Assembly (NCBI GenBank): GCA_002069785.1
Contig: MWCA01000004.1
Span: 18,050 to 82,049, forward strand
Source of the DNA: Lentisphaerae bacterium ADurb.Bin242
GTDB lineage: Bacteria; Verrucomicrobiota; Lentisphaeria; Victivallales; UBA1829
Reading direction: 5' to 3'
Length of the DNA: 64,000 nt
Shown piece after piece: positions 1 through 9,436 of the stretch (positions are counted from its first letter, which is position 1; the number at the start of each line of letters is the position of its first letter). Under the pieces are notes generated by a model that did not search any database, was not told the origin of the DNA, and worked only from the letters and a program-made list of their open reading frames with translations. The position numbers and the translations under genes were made by a program.

Positions 1-251
1 GGACAGCACAGATCGAAGGCCTGTCCAAGGGGCGCGTGGATTTCGACGATGTTGAGTTCGGCGTTCCGCGCCATGCGGGTCAACTGGGACGAGAATTGCG
101 GTTCCTTTAGAATCCGGGTGGCCCAGATGTGGCTGAACACGAGGTTTTCCGCGCCATGCCAGCTGAATTCGGCCATGATGTTCGGAATCATGGAATCCGG
201 AACGTGTTCCCAGGAATAATAATACGCGAGCGGAAAGGATTTCTTTTTCAT
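1..251 (-). CDS. partial CDS (first 83 codons; the C-terminus lies beyond the window start). Hypothetical, possibly a xylose-isomerase-like TIM-barrel sugar phosphate isomerase/epimerase.
   Basis: Absent from the ORF track because it runs off the window edge. Manual reverse-complement translation from the ATG at 251-249 gives MKKKSFPLAYYYSWEHVPDSMIPNIMAEFSWHGAENLVFSHIWATRILKEPQFSSQLTRMARNAELNIVEIHAPLGQAFDLCC, with no stop down to position 3. It lies on the same strand, 127 nt downstream of the kinase-like gene. Confidence 0.45.
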   Translation of the reverse strand, partial: MKKKSFPLAYYYSWEHVPDSMIPNIMAEFSWHGAENLVFSHIWATRILKEPQFSSQLTRMARNAELNIVEIHAPLGQAFDLCC

Positions 252-378
252 TTGTCAAAATACTCCATTCATTTTGTGCGGTCGGACACGACCACACAAT
301 GTAATGCGGAGCCCGGTGTTTTTCAAGATTCCGGCTGAAAAAAAACGGGATGAAAAGAGACATTTCCGGAAAAGAATC

Positions 379-1413
379 CTACTCGAAAAAAAGGGCGGAA
401 CGGGTGTCCTTGTAGACGACGCGCAGAAGAGGGCGGTTTTCATCGGACGGATGCCGGAAGGATTCCAGCCAGATTTTTTCCGACGCCTCCGCGGAAGGAA
501 AATCCACCTTGCGCCAGGATGGATCGATTTCCATTTTTTCAGGGGAAGTGAACCAGAGCGTGTGACGCCAGGTATACTCGCCGTCCTCTTTTTGAACCGT
601 CGTGGCGAATTTGGACTTCCCGCTCAGGATGCGTCTGGAGATTTTCGGCCACCGTGTCGCGGCCTTTTTGCCGTATTGGCATACGGCCTGCTGCATCAGC
701 TCGACCGCATCGATCTTGGTCTTTGCCAGGCCGGAAGAAAGGATTCCGTTCAGAAGCTTGTCATGGGAAATGTATCCGCGCAGTTCGGTCCAGACGGTGC
801 AAAGGGCAAATTTCGACGCGTTCGTCTGAAAAGGCATTTCCCGGATTCCCCAGGGGTCCGCCAGATACAGATGGGTATCCCGCGGCGTAAAGAGGATGTT
901 ACCCAGGTGAAAGTCCGGATGACGGCAGTTCTTGTGATAAAGAATGCCCGTCAGTTCGGCCAGTTTTCCCAGAAAGTGATTCAGCAGAGCGGGATTGGAA
1001 CGGGCGGTCTCGAAAAAATACTGCCGTGCGGAAACCGCAGCCGGAATCCCCTCGGAAATGCAGAACCCTCCCTTTTGGAGCTTGCTCCACGCCAGATAAT
1101 GGATGACGGGAATTCCGTTTTTTTCCAGCCTGCAGGCGATTTCATATTCCATGGAAGGATAAAACCGGAAAATCGTGAAAGGAAAGCGCTGCTGTGCGAA
1201 AAGTTTCAGATACATGGAGTATCCGGAAGAATTGACGAGACGGTATACCTTCCGTTTCGGGTTCTGTTTGACCGGAAAAACTTCAAATCCTTTTCGGATG
1301 AAATCGCCGACGGCATCCGCATTTTCTCCATTCAGCTTCGTGAAAAGCAGCAGTTCCCGGATATCGGAAGCGGTTTTGATCTGACTGAATTTCTCATGCA
1401 TAACACGGTACAT
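379..1413 (-). CDS. lipopolysaccharide kinase (Kdo/WaaP) family kinase-like protein
   Basis: ORF 379..1569 trimmed to the ATG at 1413 (MYRVMHEKF...), which removes the overlap with the AraC gene. Kinase-like motifs are present: SMYLKLF (beta3 Lys), EYEIACRLEKNGIPV, HPDFHLGNILF (catalytic loop) and LYLADPWG. Confidence 0.7.
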   Translation of the reverse strand: MYRVMHEKFSQIKTASDIRELLLFTKLNGENADAVGDFIRKGFEVFPVKQNPKRKVYRLVNSSGYSMYLKLFAQQRFPFTIFRFYPSMEYEIACRLEKNGIPVIHYLAWSKLQKGGFCISEGIPAAVSARQYFFETARSNPALLNHFLGKLAELTGILYHKNCRHPDFHLGNILFTPRDTHLYLADPWGIREMPFQTNASKFALCTVWTELRGYISHDKLLNGILSSGLAKTKIDAVELMQQAVCQYGKKAATRWPKISRRILSGKSKFATTVQKEDGEYTWRHTLWFTSPEKMEIDPSWRKVDFPSAEASEKIWLESFRHPSDENRPLLRVVYKDTRSALFFE

Positions 1414-1468
1414 TCCCTGTAGTCTACCGTAATGTAACACCGATTCGGGGAAAAGCAAACGCCCCCGC

Positions 1469-2359
1469 TCAGGGGGTCCTCTCCCACGAACGGACCTGGC
1501 TGGGAGTGTGCCCCGTGACCCGGTGGAATTCCTGTGAAAAGTAGAGCTGGTTGCAGTAACCGAGCGCAAACGCGATCTCCTTGATGGAAAGCGCGGTGTG
1601 CGTCAGCAGATAGTGGGCGCGCGCCATTTTCCGCTCGATCCGGTAGCGGTTCGGCGTGATGGAGAGCCGGGCGCGGAACAGCCGCAGCAGCGTGATGGGA
1701 CTGATCCCGAATTTCCGGGCGGTTTCCTTCATGGAGATTTTCCGTTCCAGATCGCTTTCCAGAAATGTCTGCACTTGGGCCAGGAGCGTGGAGCGGTCTT
1801 TCCCGAGCGGGATCAGCAGCGAGAGTTTCACCAGGCATTCGTAGGCTTTTCCGAGCAGGAGCGGCAGGTCTTCCCGATTCTTTTCATGGATCATTCCGAA
1901 AAGTTCATGGGCGTAACCGATCCATTCCCGCGGGTCCGGCGCGTCCAGAATCAGGTAACGGTTCAGCTTCAGCCGTTCCGTGATGGAGGAGAGGTTGGCT
2001 CCTTTGAACTGAAACACGATCTTGTGGAACCTGCCGGCTTTGCCCGTCTGGAAGAAATAAGACCCGTTCAGCGGAATGATCAGGATTTTCCCCGCCGTGA
2101 TCAGGTGTTCCTCCTCCTGAAACTGATACAGAATCGACCCCTCCACCACCACGACCACGATCATGAAGCGGCAGAACTGTTCCGAAAACCACGAACGGTT
2201 GGTCCGGATCACCTCCTCCACGCAGAAAGGATAGAGCGGGTATTCCGTGTCCGCGGAGAATTTCCAGAGCTCCCGGCGCAGAAAGTTCAACGGAGGAAGC
2301 GGCTCCGGGTGCCGGGTGACGTTCTGCCGGCTGTATTTTGTTTTCTGTTTTCGGCCCAA
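1469..2359 (-). CDS. AraC family transcriptional regulator
   Basis: The C-terminal double HTH reads ISMKETARKFGISPITLLRLFRARLSITPNRYRIERKMARAHYLLTHTALSIKEIAFALGYCNQLYFSQEFHRVTGHTPSQ. The ORF-track start at 2359 is a TTG codon and the next in-frame Met is residue 66, so the exact start is uncertain. Confidence 0.85.
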   Translation of the reverse strand: MGRKQKTKYSRQNVTRHPEPLPPLNFLRRELWKFSADTEYPLYPFCVEEVIRTNRSWFSEQFCRFMIVVVVVEGSILYQFQEEEHLITAGKILIIPLNGSYFFQTGKAGRFHKIVFQFKGANLSSITERLKLNRYLILDAPDPREWIGYAHELFGMIHEKNREDLPLLLGKAYECLVKLSLLIPLGKDRSTLLAQVQTFLESDLERKISMKETARKFGISPITLLRLFRARLSITPNRYRIERKMARAHYLLTHTALSIKEIAFALGYCNQLYFSQEFHRVTGHTPSQVRSWERTP

Positions 2360-2365
2360 TGCTGG

Positions 2366-2399
2366 AATTCCATATATTTCTTGTTAAAATTCCGTATAT
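2366..2399. promoter_or_regulatory. direct repeat AATTCCATATAT / AATTCCGTATAT in the divergent AraC-pilin intergenic region (candidate AraC-type operator)
   Basis: The copies lie at 2366-2377 and 2388-2399. They match at 11 of 12 positions and are spaced 22 bp start to start, about two helical turns. They sit between the divergent AraC gene and the pilin-like gene. Confidence 0.3.
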
Positions 2400-2502
2400 C
2401 TTTTGAAAGGGGAATATTGCAAAACCATCCTTTTCGTTTAAAATTAGCTTTCCAGAACAATAGGTTTGCATGAGTGAAAAATCAAATGGAGGGAACTTTT
2501 TT

Positions 2503-3252
2503 ATGAAGAAAAAAATGCATGCCCGGCCAGACATCCCGGAAGCGGTTTTCACATTAATAGAACTCCTGGTGGTCGTTGCCATCATTGCCATTCTGGCGGG
2601 ATTGCTTCTGCCGTCCCTGAACAAGGCGAGGGAGAAGGCGAAGGCGATTTCCTGCGTTTCCAACCTCAAACAGACCGGAATCTCGCATGCCCTGTACCGG
2701 GGAGACTACGGGGACTGGCTGGTCAACAACCGTGACTTCACGCCCTCGAGCACCTGGAGTTATCTCCTGGTGGACAACAATTATGCGCCCGGATACAAGG
2801 CATTCAAATGCAGCTGGACGGGAAAGGATTTCCGCAAGGCGCAGGACCTGACTTACGGAACCAACTACACCACGTCCACGGTCACCGGTTTCAACCTCAA
2901 GGAGAAAAATCTCAAATATCAGGGGAAAATCAATATTGCCCTGTCGGACATCCTCCTTTTCGGGTGCTCCCGCACGGCGGTCATGGGCTCCGAGAGCCAG
3001 TATGCGTTCCTGTATATGAACTACCTTGCGACGGGCACCACCAACACCTGGGGGCTGGGAGCTCTCCACATGATCCACTCCAAAATGGCCAACGGCCTGA
3101 TGCTGGGCGGGAACGTGACGCCGGTTGCCGGAGCCGATCTGGTCGCGCGCCGGATTTATTTTCCGAACTATGAAAGCTCGTATGGAGGATATGTTTCCTC
3201 CCAGCTCCGGTGTGCGGTGCTTCCGGGAACCGCTTATTATACCGGCTACTGA
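2503..3252 (+). CDS. prepilin-type N-terminal cleavage/methylation domain protein (pseudopilin-like, DUF1559-like)
   Basis: ORF 2470..3252 trimmed to the ATG at 2503, which has a GGAGGG 9 nt upstream. The N-terminus is [51 protein letters not shown]. Confidence 0.85.
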   Translation: MKKKMHARPDIPEAVFTLIELLVVVAIIAILAGLLLPSLNKAREKAKAISCVSNLKQTGISHALYRGDYGDWLVNNRDFTPSSTWSYLLVDNNYAPGYKAFKCSWTGKDFRKAQDLTYGTNYTTSTVTGFNLKEKNLKYQGKINIALSDILLFGCSRTAVMGSESQYAFLYMNYLATGTTNTWGLGALHMIHSKMANGLMLGGNVTPVAGADLVARRIYFPNYESSYGGYVSSQLRCAVLPGTAYYTGY

Positions 3253-3289
3253 TTTTAACCCGGCATTCATAAACAACAGGAGTTTTCCA

Positions 3290-5311
3290 ATGAAAAAAAC
3301 AATGCTTTGCCTTTTCGGAATTCCATTTCTGGCTGTTGCGGGAGAAGCTCTTCCCGACTTGAGAGGATACAAGGACGGAAACAAGGAATTCGATTCGTCG
3401 GCCGTGTTCGAGGAGACCTTCGACGGCCCGCTGGAGGGCTGGAACTTCAACCGGAAGAAATTCGAGATTCGGAAGGGAGAGGGCGTCAACGGCACGCCGT
3501 GTCTGTTTTACGAACGGACCGACCCGAAGGAATATGTGTTCATGATGAAACCGATCCGGCTTCAGAGCAACCTTGAATATGAGTGCGTCTTCCGGCTCCG
3601 GACGGAAGACATCCAGTTCCGCGACACCGATCAGCGTGCGTTCAAGGATCAGGTCGCCGCCATGGGAATCCAGTATCGCGGCAACGGACGGTGGATCACG
3701 ATCAGTCCCGCTTTCGCCAAACACAAGGAACTCAAGCCGGGCGAATGGCAGATCGTGCGCTTTCCCGTGCGCCAGCCGGCCGGAAAAAACGTGACCGCCT
3801 CCTTCGATATTTATCTGCGGCAGGGGATCACCGGGAAAATGTGGATCGACGACATTACGGTCCGTCCCGTGCTGAAAACCTCCGCCTTGCTTTATCCGGT
3901 TGCGTCCGGCATGCGCGTCGGCCCGGACGGACGGCTCCGTTTTCGCGCGGTCCAGCTGGGGGACCCTGTCCCCGACTCCGATCTCGGCTTGTATGTGACC
4001 GCCGGAAAAGTCACCCGGCTTCTGCGCGGCAGGGAAGGTATGTTCGAGGGGAATTTCGGTTCGTTCGCGCCGGGAAAAGTGCCGGTGAACGTCCGTCTTC
4101 TGGATACGAAGCGCAAGCTCATCCTTGCGTCCGGGGAATACACCTATGTCGTTCCTTCCGGGAAACCTCCGGCGGGAGCGGCCGTGCTGGACGATTGCAG
4201 CCGTCTGCTGGTCGACGGAAAGCCGTTTATGCCGGTGGCCGTGTTTTCGGGCTTCACCTATCCGCCGACGCGCAAGGACCTGGAACGTTTGAAGGAGGCC
4301 GGCTTCAATACTCTTCTTTACTACCACCCGTACAAATATCTCTATATCGACGGGCGCAAGCCCACAAGGAAGGAGGATCTGCTGTCCAGCCTCGACGCCA
4401 TGAAGGACTTCGGGATCAAGCTCATCTTCGCCACGTTCCGCCAGAACCTTCCCAACCAGGTGGGGGTTCGCGAGGAGTTCGACCACATCCGGGGAATGGA
4501 CAACGTCACCGAATATGTGATCGGGCTCGTGAAGGATCATCCCGCCATGCTGGCTTATTATCTTTCGGATGAGAATCCGCTCAAGGAATATCCCTCCGTG
4601 AAACGGCTCCGCGAACGGGTCAGCGCCGTCGACCCCTGGCATCCGACGGTCACGCTGACCAACCGCACGGATTATTTCACCGCGTGCGCGGCCACCGGAG
4701 ACATCCTTTCCTACGATTATTACCCTATCAATACGGTCCGGGACCAGTCCTTCCAGTATGAAGGAATCGAAAGCGCCGGGAACCTGGGAATTCCCCACTG
4801 GTTCACGCCGCAGGCCTTCCACTGGGGAGCGGCCCGGCGGCACCATCCGTTCCATACCTACCGGTATCCTTCGGAAGAAGAAATGCGTTCCCTGAACCTG
4901 GCGGCGGCCATTTACAATGCAAAGGGGTTCCTTTTCTACTCCTATGCCGACGTCCGCTTGCAGGAGGAAAAACTGGACTCCGCAAATGGAAAAATGTTCT
5001 GGAACTCCGTCCGCGGGGTATCCTCTCTTCTGCGGGAGCTGGAACCCTGGATCATGAGCGTTGAAAAAGCGCCGGAGACAGCCGTGGTTCCGAAACACGC
5101 CGGCAAAGCGAAGGTCATCGCGCGGGCTTTTTTCTCCGACGGAAAAACGGCGGTCCTGATCGTTTCCAACGGACCGGGTCCGGCCGAGGCCGTGATCACG
5201 GTGCCGGGGTGTCCCGCGCTGAAATCGAAATACGGGCATACCCGGAACCTGGGCGACGGAAAATATCTGTTCACCGGAGAGAACATTGCTTCCGATGTCC
5301 TTCTTCCGTGA
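3290..5311 (+). CDS. secreted hypothetical protein, putative glycoside hydrolase (N-terminal CBM-like beta-sandwich plus TIM-barrel-like region)
   Basis: ORF 3125..5311 trimmed to the ATG at 3290 (MKKTMLCLFGIPFLAVAGEA, a signal peptide). The central segment LLVDGKPFMPVAVFSG...LERLKEAGFNTLLYYHP...AYYLSDENP resembles clan GH-A enzymes. The family assignment is not secure. Confidence 0.75.
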   Translation: MKKTMLCLFGIPFLAVAGEALPDLRGYKDGNKEFDSSAVFEETFDGPLEGWNFNRKKFEIRKGEGVNGTPCLFYERTDPKEYVFMMKPIRLQSNLEYECVFRLRTEDIQFRDTDQRAFKDQVAAMGIQYRGNGRWITISPAFAKHKELKPGEWQIVRFPVRQPAGKNVTASFDIYLRQGITGKMWIDDITVRPVLKTSALLYPVASGMRVGPDGRLRFRAVQLGDPVPDSDLGLYVTAGKVTRLLRGREGMFEGNFGSFAPGKVPVNVRLLDTKRKLILASGEYTYVVPSGKPPAGAAVLDDCSRLLVDGKPFMPVAVFSGFTYPPTRKDLERLKEAGFNTLLYYHPYKYLYIDGRKPTRKEDLLSSLDAMKDFGIKLIFATFRQNLPNQVGVREEFDHIRGMDNVTEYVIGLVKDHPAMLAYYLSDENPLKEYPSVKRLRERVSAVDPWHPTVTLTNRTDYFTACAATGDILSYDYYPINTVRDQSFQYEGIESAGNLGIPHWFTPQAFHWGAARRHHPFHTYRYPSEEEMRSLNLAAAIYNAKGFLFYSYADVRLQEEKLDSANGKMFWNSVRGVSSLLRELEPWIMSVEKAPETAVVPKHAGKAKVIARAFFSDGKTAVLIVSNGPGPAEAVITVPGCPALKSKYGHTRNLGDGKYLFTGENIASDVLLP

Positions 5312-5379
5312 AGCCCGCTGTGGAGAAGTCCTCTCCCGGCAGGAATCCGGGATTTTCCGCTGCCGGAGAGAGCGGCTTC
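5310..5379 (+). terminator. long imperfect stem-loop immediately after the hydrolase stop codon (possible terminator or RNA-stability element; no U-tract)
   Basis: The outer stem pairs GAAGCC(C)GCT at 5310-5319 with AGCGGCTTC at 5371-5379. The inner stem pairs CTCTCC(C)GGCAG at 5331-5342 with CTGCCGGAGAG at 5360-5370. The loop is 17 nt. Confidence 0.35.
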
Positions 5380-5571
5380 CTGCCTGAATGCGATCGCCCG
5401 GATTGATTGCAACCTTATCATGCCGGATGCTTTCCGTCCCGTTTCATAAAAAAAACGGGAATATTTCACCGGTCTATTTTTTTCCGCTTGTAATTTGTCA
5501 AAAGTGAATTAGCTTATAGGGTGCGGATTCGATTGCACAAAAGATCAAAAATCTATTCACAAGGAAAAAAA

Positions 5572-5814
5572 ATGAACGAGAAGAAAGAAATCTTTGCCGA
5601 CGGAATCGGTCAAATCCATTTTGCGGGCGGCATGGTCCGCTATGACTTCATTACTCTTCAACCCACGGAAGACGGCAAAGCTCCGGAGCCGAAGTCCAAT
5701 ATTCGGATCATCATGCCTCCGCAGGGTTTTCTCGCCGCGTTCAATTCCATGCAGCAGCTGATCGACAAGCTTCTGGAAGCCGGCGTGCTTCAGAAAAACG
5801 AACGCGCGAAATAA
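5572..5814 (+). CDS. small hypothetical protein (80 aa)
   Basis: ORF 5521..5814 trimmed to the ATG at 5572, which is preceded by AAGGA. The sequence is MNEKKEIFADGIGQIHFAGGMVRYDFITLQP...LIDKLLEAGVLQ. An intrinsic terminator follows it. Confidence 0.5.
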   Translation: MNEKKEIFADGIGQIHFAGGMVRYDFITLQPTEDGKAPEPKSNIRIIMPPQGFLAAFNSMQQLIDKLLEAGVLQKNERAK

Positions 5815-5875
5815 TGCGTTTTCCAACCGGGCGCTTCCGGCGTCCGGTATATCTCGTCTTTCCCCGGGGAAGGAC

Positions 5876-5920
5876 AAAATGCAGGGCCGGCCTGAATTCC
5901 GGCCGCGCATTTTGTTTTTT
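5876..5920 (+). terminator. Rho-independent terminator
   Basis: AAAATGC at 5876-5882 pairs with GCATTTT at 5907-5913, and GGCCGG at 5885-5890 pairs with CCGGCC at 5899-5904. The loop is 8 nt and is followed by GTTTTTT. Confidence 0.6.
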
Positions 5921-5944
5921 CAAAGGTGAGGGTCACAGGCAGGA

Positions 5945-7459
5945 ATGGAGCGGACTATGCTGAAATCGTGTTTCATGTTTTTGGGGATCACAGGCGCCTT
6001 GGGAATCTTGCTGCTCTCCGGATGCAAAACCGAAGAGGACTACCGGCGGGAACGAGCGGAAAAAGCGGTCCGTTACTTTGAAGTGTCCAAATTCCAGGTG
6101 CTGGATTCGGATGTCCGCCTGACCTTGCCGGAATGCGTCTCCATCGCATTGAAGAACAACCTGGACATCAAGGTGTTCAACCTGGAAGAGGACATCGCGT
6201 ATGAGATGCGGACGGCGGAAGTCCTCGGCATGCTCCCCGAACTCAACATCAATAACAATTTCAGCGGACGCAGCAATGTTCCCGCGTCCAGCAGCGAAGC
6301 CTATGCGGGCGACGGAGCCACCTATGGCGCCAGCCAGAACCAGGACAAGAACATCAACTTCTTCAATATCGATCTGGCTCTCAGCGTCATGGATTTCGGG
6401 CTGGCCTTCTTCAATTCCCAGCAGGCGCAGGACCGTCTCCTCCTCCGGAAACAGCATACCGAACGCATGGCGCAGAACCTGACCCTGGATGTGGTCCGCG
6501 CCTATTGCCGGGTGGCCGCCGCCCAGCGTGCGATCGACATCACGCGCGGGCTTCTGGAAACCTGCCGCGACCGCTACACGCTGATCTCGAATCTTGCCAA
6601 AGCCAAGCAGATCACTCCTTTCCGCGCGTTCGATGAAACCCGCAAATTCATCGAGATGGAACGCCGTCTCACAGCGTATATCCTCGACTACCAGAACTCC
6701 TGCGTCGAGCTGCGTTCCCTCCTCGGATATTATCCTTCCGCGAACATCACCGTGGATGATTCCTTCCTCGATGCGACGCCCGCTTTCCACCTGCCCGACC
6801 TGGAAGTCATGGAACAGATCGCCCTGATCAAGCGCCCGGAACTGCGGAAAACGGATATCCAGCGCCACATCAACGTGATCGAATGCCGCAAGGCGATCCT
6901 CACCATGTTCCCGACGGCCCGCGTCTTCCTGGATTACGACCATAGCAACAACTCCTTCCTTTACAAGCAGAACTGGATGGAATTCGGCATTCAGGCCACG
7001 TTCAACCTTCTGAAACTGCCGCAGAAAGTGTCTCAGGCGATGGCTTATTCCAGGCAGGCCGACGCGGAACTGATCCGTTCTTTCGGAGAGTCCATCACGA
7101 TCATTGCCGAGGTCCGGATCGCCCATTCCGACATCATGGCGAACAAAGACCTCCTCGAGCAATGCAAAAAATCGTATGAAAACTTCAAGAACACTTTGGT
7201 TGCCGCCCAGAAGAACAGGAATATCTCCGCCGGCGATCTTTCCCGGCTCGAGATCGACCACATGCGTCTTACGACCGCGGAAGCCAATATCGAACAGACA
7301 CTGGCGCTGGGAAATTATTATATTTCCTTCTACCGTCTCCTGAATTCGCTCGGAATGCGGGATGTCACCCCGAAGTCATTCGACAAACTCTCCGAGGAAC
7401 TCAAGTCCGCCCAGAAGGAGGCGGGAGTCATCCTGGCGAACGCCGCGGCGGCGAAGTAA
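5945..7459 (+). CDS. TolC-like outer membrane efflux protein (OEP family) lipoprotein
   Basis: It has a signal peptide with the lipobox LLLSGC and the OEP-type opening LTLPECVSIALKNNLDIKV. Its 504 aa are coiled-coil-rich. The start could instead be the ATG at 5957, which has GGAG 6 nt upstream. Confidence 0.8.
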   Translation: MERTMLKSCFMFLGITGALGILLLSGCKTEEDYRRERAEKAVRYFEVSKFQVLDSDVRLTLPECVSIALKNNLDIKVFNLEEDIAYEMRTAEVLGMLPELNINNNFSGRSNVPASSSEAYAGDGATYGASQNQDKNINFFNIDLALSVMDFGLAFFNSQQAQDRLLLRKQHTERMAQNLTLDVVRAYCRVAAAQRAIDITRGLLETCRDRYTLISNLAKAKQITPFRAFDETRKFIEMERRLTAYILDYQNSCVELRSLLGYYPSANITVDDSFLDATPAFHLPDLEVMEQIALIKRPELRKTDIQRHINVIECRKAILTMFPTARVFLDYDHSNNSFLYKQNWMEFGIQATFNLLKLPQKVSQAMAYSRQADAELIRSFGESITIIAEVRIAHSDIMANKDLLEQCKKSYENFKNTLVAAQKNRNISAGDLSRLEIDHMRLTTAEANIEQTLALGNYYISFYRLLNSLGMRDVTPKSFDKLSEELKSAQKEAGVILANAAAAK

Positions 7460-7467
7460 GAACAGAC

Positions 7468-8340
7468 TCAGTGTCTGTCCCCGACCAGCCGGAGGAGGTA
7501 GCGTCCATAATCGGTTTTGACCATGTCCGCGACGCTTTCCCGAACCTGCTCCGCGGTCATCCATTTGTTTTCGTAGGCGATTTCCTGAAGGCACGCCACC
7601 TGGAGTCCCTGCCGTGTTTCGATGGTCCGGATGAAATTCCCGGCGTCGAGCATGCTTTCATAGGTACCGGTATCCAGCCATGCGTAGCCGCGTCCGAGTT
7701 TTTCCACATGAAGCAGTCCCCTTTGGAGATACTCGTTGTTGACGGTGGTGATTTCGAGTTCTCCGCGGGCGGAGGGACGGATGTTCTCCGCGATGGAAAC
7801 CACGGAATTGTCATAAAAATACAGACCCGTGACGGCATAGTTCGACTTGGGAACCGCCGGTTTTTCCTCGATGGAGACCGCCTTTCCCTCCGCGTTGAAC
7901 TCCACGACCCCGAACCGTTCCGGGTCACGGACATAATAACCGAAGACCGTTGCGCCGGCTTCGCGGTCGATCGCCCGTTTCAGGAGAACCTGGAGACAGG
8001 CGCCGTAGAAAATGTTGTCCCCGAGGACCAGGGAAACGGAATCGGAGCCGATGAATTTCTTCCCGATCAGGAAAGCCTGCGCCAGACCGCCGGGGAAGGG
8101 CTGCACCTCGTAGGCGAAGCGGACTCCGAAGCGGGAGCCGTCGCCGAGAAGACGGACGAAATTGGGCTGGTCTTCGGGGGTCGTGATGATAAGGATGTTG
8201 CGGATTCCGGCCAGCATCAGCACGGAGACCGGATAGAAAACCATCGGCTTGTCGTAGACCGCCAGAAGCTGTTTCGAGACGCCGCGGGTAATGGGGTGCA
8301 GACGCGTGCCCGCCCCGCCGGCCAGAACGATTCCTTTCAT
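7468..8340 (-). CDS. rfbA: glucose-1-phosphate thymidylyltransferase
   Basis: The ORF was trimmed to [55 protein letters not shown]. Its start forms an ATGA overlap with the rfbB stop at 8337-8340. Confidence 0.93.
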   Translation of the reverse strand: MKGIVLAGGAGTRLHPITRGVSKQLLAVYDKPMVFYPVSVLMLAGIRNILIITTPEDQPNFVRLLGDGSRFGVRFAYEVQPFPGGLAQAFLIGKKFIGSDSVSLVLGDNIFYGACLQVLLKRAIDREAGATVFGYYVRDPERFGVVEFNAEGKAVSIEEKPAVPKSNYAVTGLYFYDNSVVSIAENIRPSARGELEITTVNNEYLQRGLLHVEKLGRGYAWLDTGTYESMLDAGNFIRTIETRQGLQVACLQEIAYENKWMTAEQVRESVADMVKTDYGRYLLRLVGDRH

Positions 8341-9413
8341 GGTTTTTTTCCTCCGATTCCGAGCCGTTCCCGGTTGTAGTTGCCTTCCTGAACATTCTTG
8401 CACCATCCGAAGCGGTTTTTCAGATACCACTCGACGGTTTTGCGCATTCCCGAATCAAAGGTTTCCCGGGGCGCCCAGCCGAGTTCCCTTTTGATCTTTC
8501 CGGCATCGATGGCATACCGCAGATCGTGTCCCGGACGGTCCTCCACGAACGTGATCTGCTCCCGGTAGGACTGGCCGTCGGGGCGCGGCTGGAGCTCATC
8601 CAGAAGGGCGCAGATCCGCTGCACGACCTCGATGTTCTTTTTCTCGTTGTGTCCGCCGATGTTGTAGGTTTCGCCGGGGATTCCCTGCGTGGCGACCAGA
8701 TACAGGGCCCGCGCGTGATCTTCCACGTAAAGCCAGTCGCGGATCTGTTCCCCTTTTCCATAGACGGGAAGGGGTTTGCCGTCGAGCGCGTTGAGGATCA
8801 TCAGGGGGATCAGTTTCTCGGGAAAATGGTAGGGACCGTAGTTGTTCGAACAGTTGGTTACGAGTGTCGGCAGCTGGAACGTGCGTTTCCAGGCACGGAC
8901 CAGGTGATCGCTGGAGGCCTTGCTGGCGGAATAGGGGGACGAGGGCGCGTAGGGGGTGTTCTCCCGGAAGAAGTCCTCCGGCCTTTCCAGGTCGCCGTAG
9001 ACTTCATCGGTGGAAATATGATGGAAGCGGAAGCCGGCCTTTTCTTCGGGCGGCAGGGCGGAAAAATAGGAACGGGCGGCTTCCAGAAGCGTATAGGTGC
9101 CGACAATGTTGGTTTGAATGAAATCTCCTGGGCCGTCGATCGAGCGGTCCACGTGGGACTCCGCGGCGAGATGCATGACGATGTTCGGATGGAATTCGGT
9201 GAAGACGCGGTTCATTTCCGCACGGTCGCAGATATCGGTTTTTTCGAATTGGCAGCGCTCGTTCGAGGAGATTTCCGCAAGGGATTCCAGGGTTCCGGCG
9301 TAGGTGAGCTTGTCCACGATGCAGAGGCTGTCGGAGGTGTTGCGGATGATGTTCCTTGCAACGGCGGAGCCGATGAATCCCGCTCCGCCCGTGACTAAAA
9401 TTCGATTTGCCAT
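8337..9413 (-). CDS. rfbB: dTDP-glucose 4,6-dehydratase
   Basis: [23 protein letters not shown]...[12 protein letters not shown]...[15 protein letters not shown] is the typical RmlB SDR signature. Confidence 0.93.
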   Translation of the reverse strand: MANRILVTGGAGFIGSAVARNIIRNTSDSLCIVDKLTYAGTLESLAEISSNERCQFEKTDICDRAEMNRVFTEFHPNIVMHLAAESHVDRSIDGPGDFIQTNIVGTYTLLEAARSYFSALPPEEKAGFRFHHISTDEVYGDLERPEDFFRENTPYAPSSPYSASKASSDHLVRAWKRTFQLPTLVTNCSNNYGPYHFPEKLIPLMILNALDGKPLPVYGKGEQIRDWLYVEDHARALYLVATQGIPGETYNIGGHNEKKNIEVVQRICALLDELQPRPDGQSYREQITFVEDRPGHDLRYAIDAGKIKRELGWAPRETFDSGMRKTVEWYLKNRFGWCKNVQEGNYNRERLGIGGKKP

Positions 9414-9436
9414 ATTGATCCCTGTCTGACGTTTTT

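Noticed and set aside
274-1422. A 382-aa plus-strand ORF opposite the kinase-like gene. The plus-strand ORFs 1598..2473 and 7471..8379 lie similarly opposite the AraC and rfbA genes.
   Set aside because: They are antisense shadows of genes with clear family motifs.
2981-5239. A 752-aa minus-strand ORF overlapping the secreted hydrolase gene.
   Set aside because: It is antisense to a gene with a signal peptide, an RBS and protein-like composition. Its own product is rich in R, G, P and H and has no start context.
5933-7261. A 442-aa minus-strand ORF opposite the TolC-like gene.
   Set aside because: It is an antisense shadow. The plus-strand product has a lipobox and OEP-family features.
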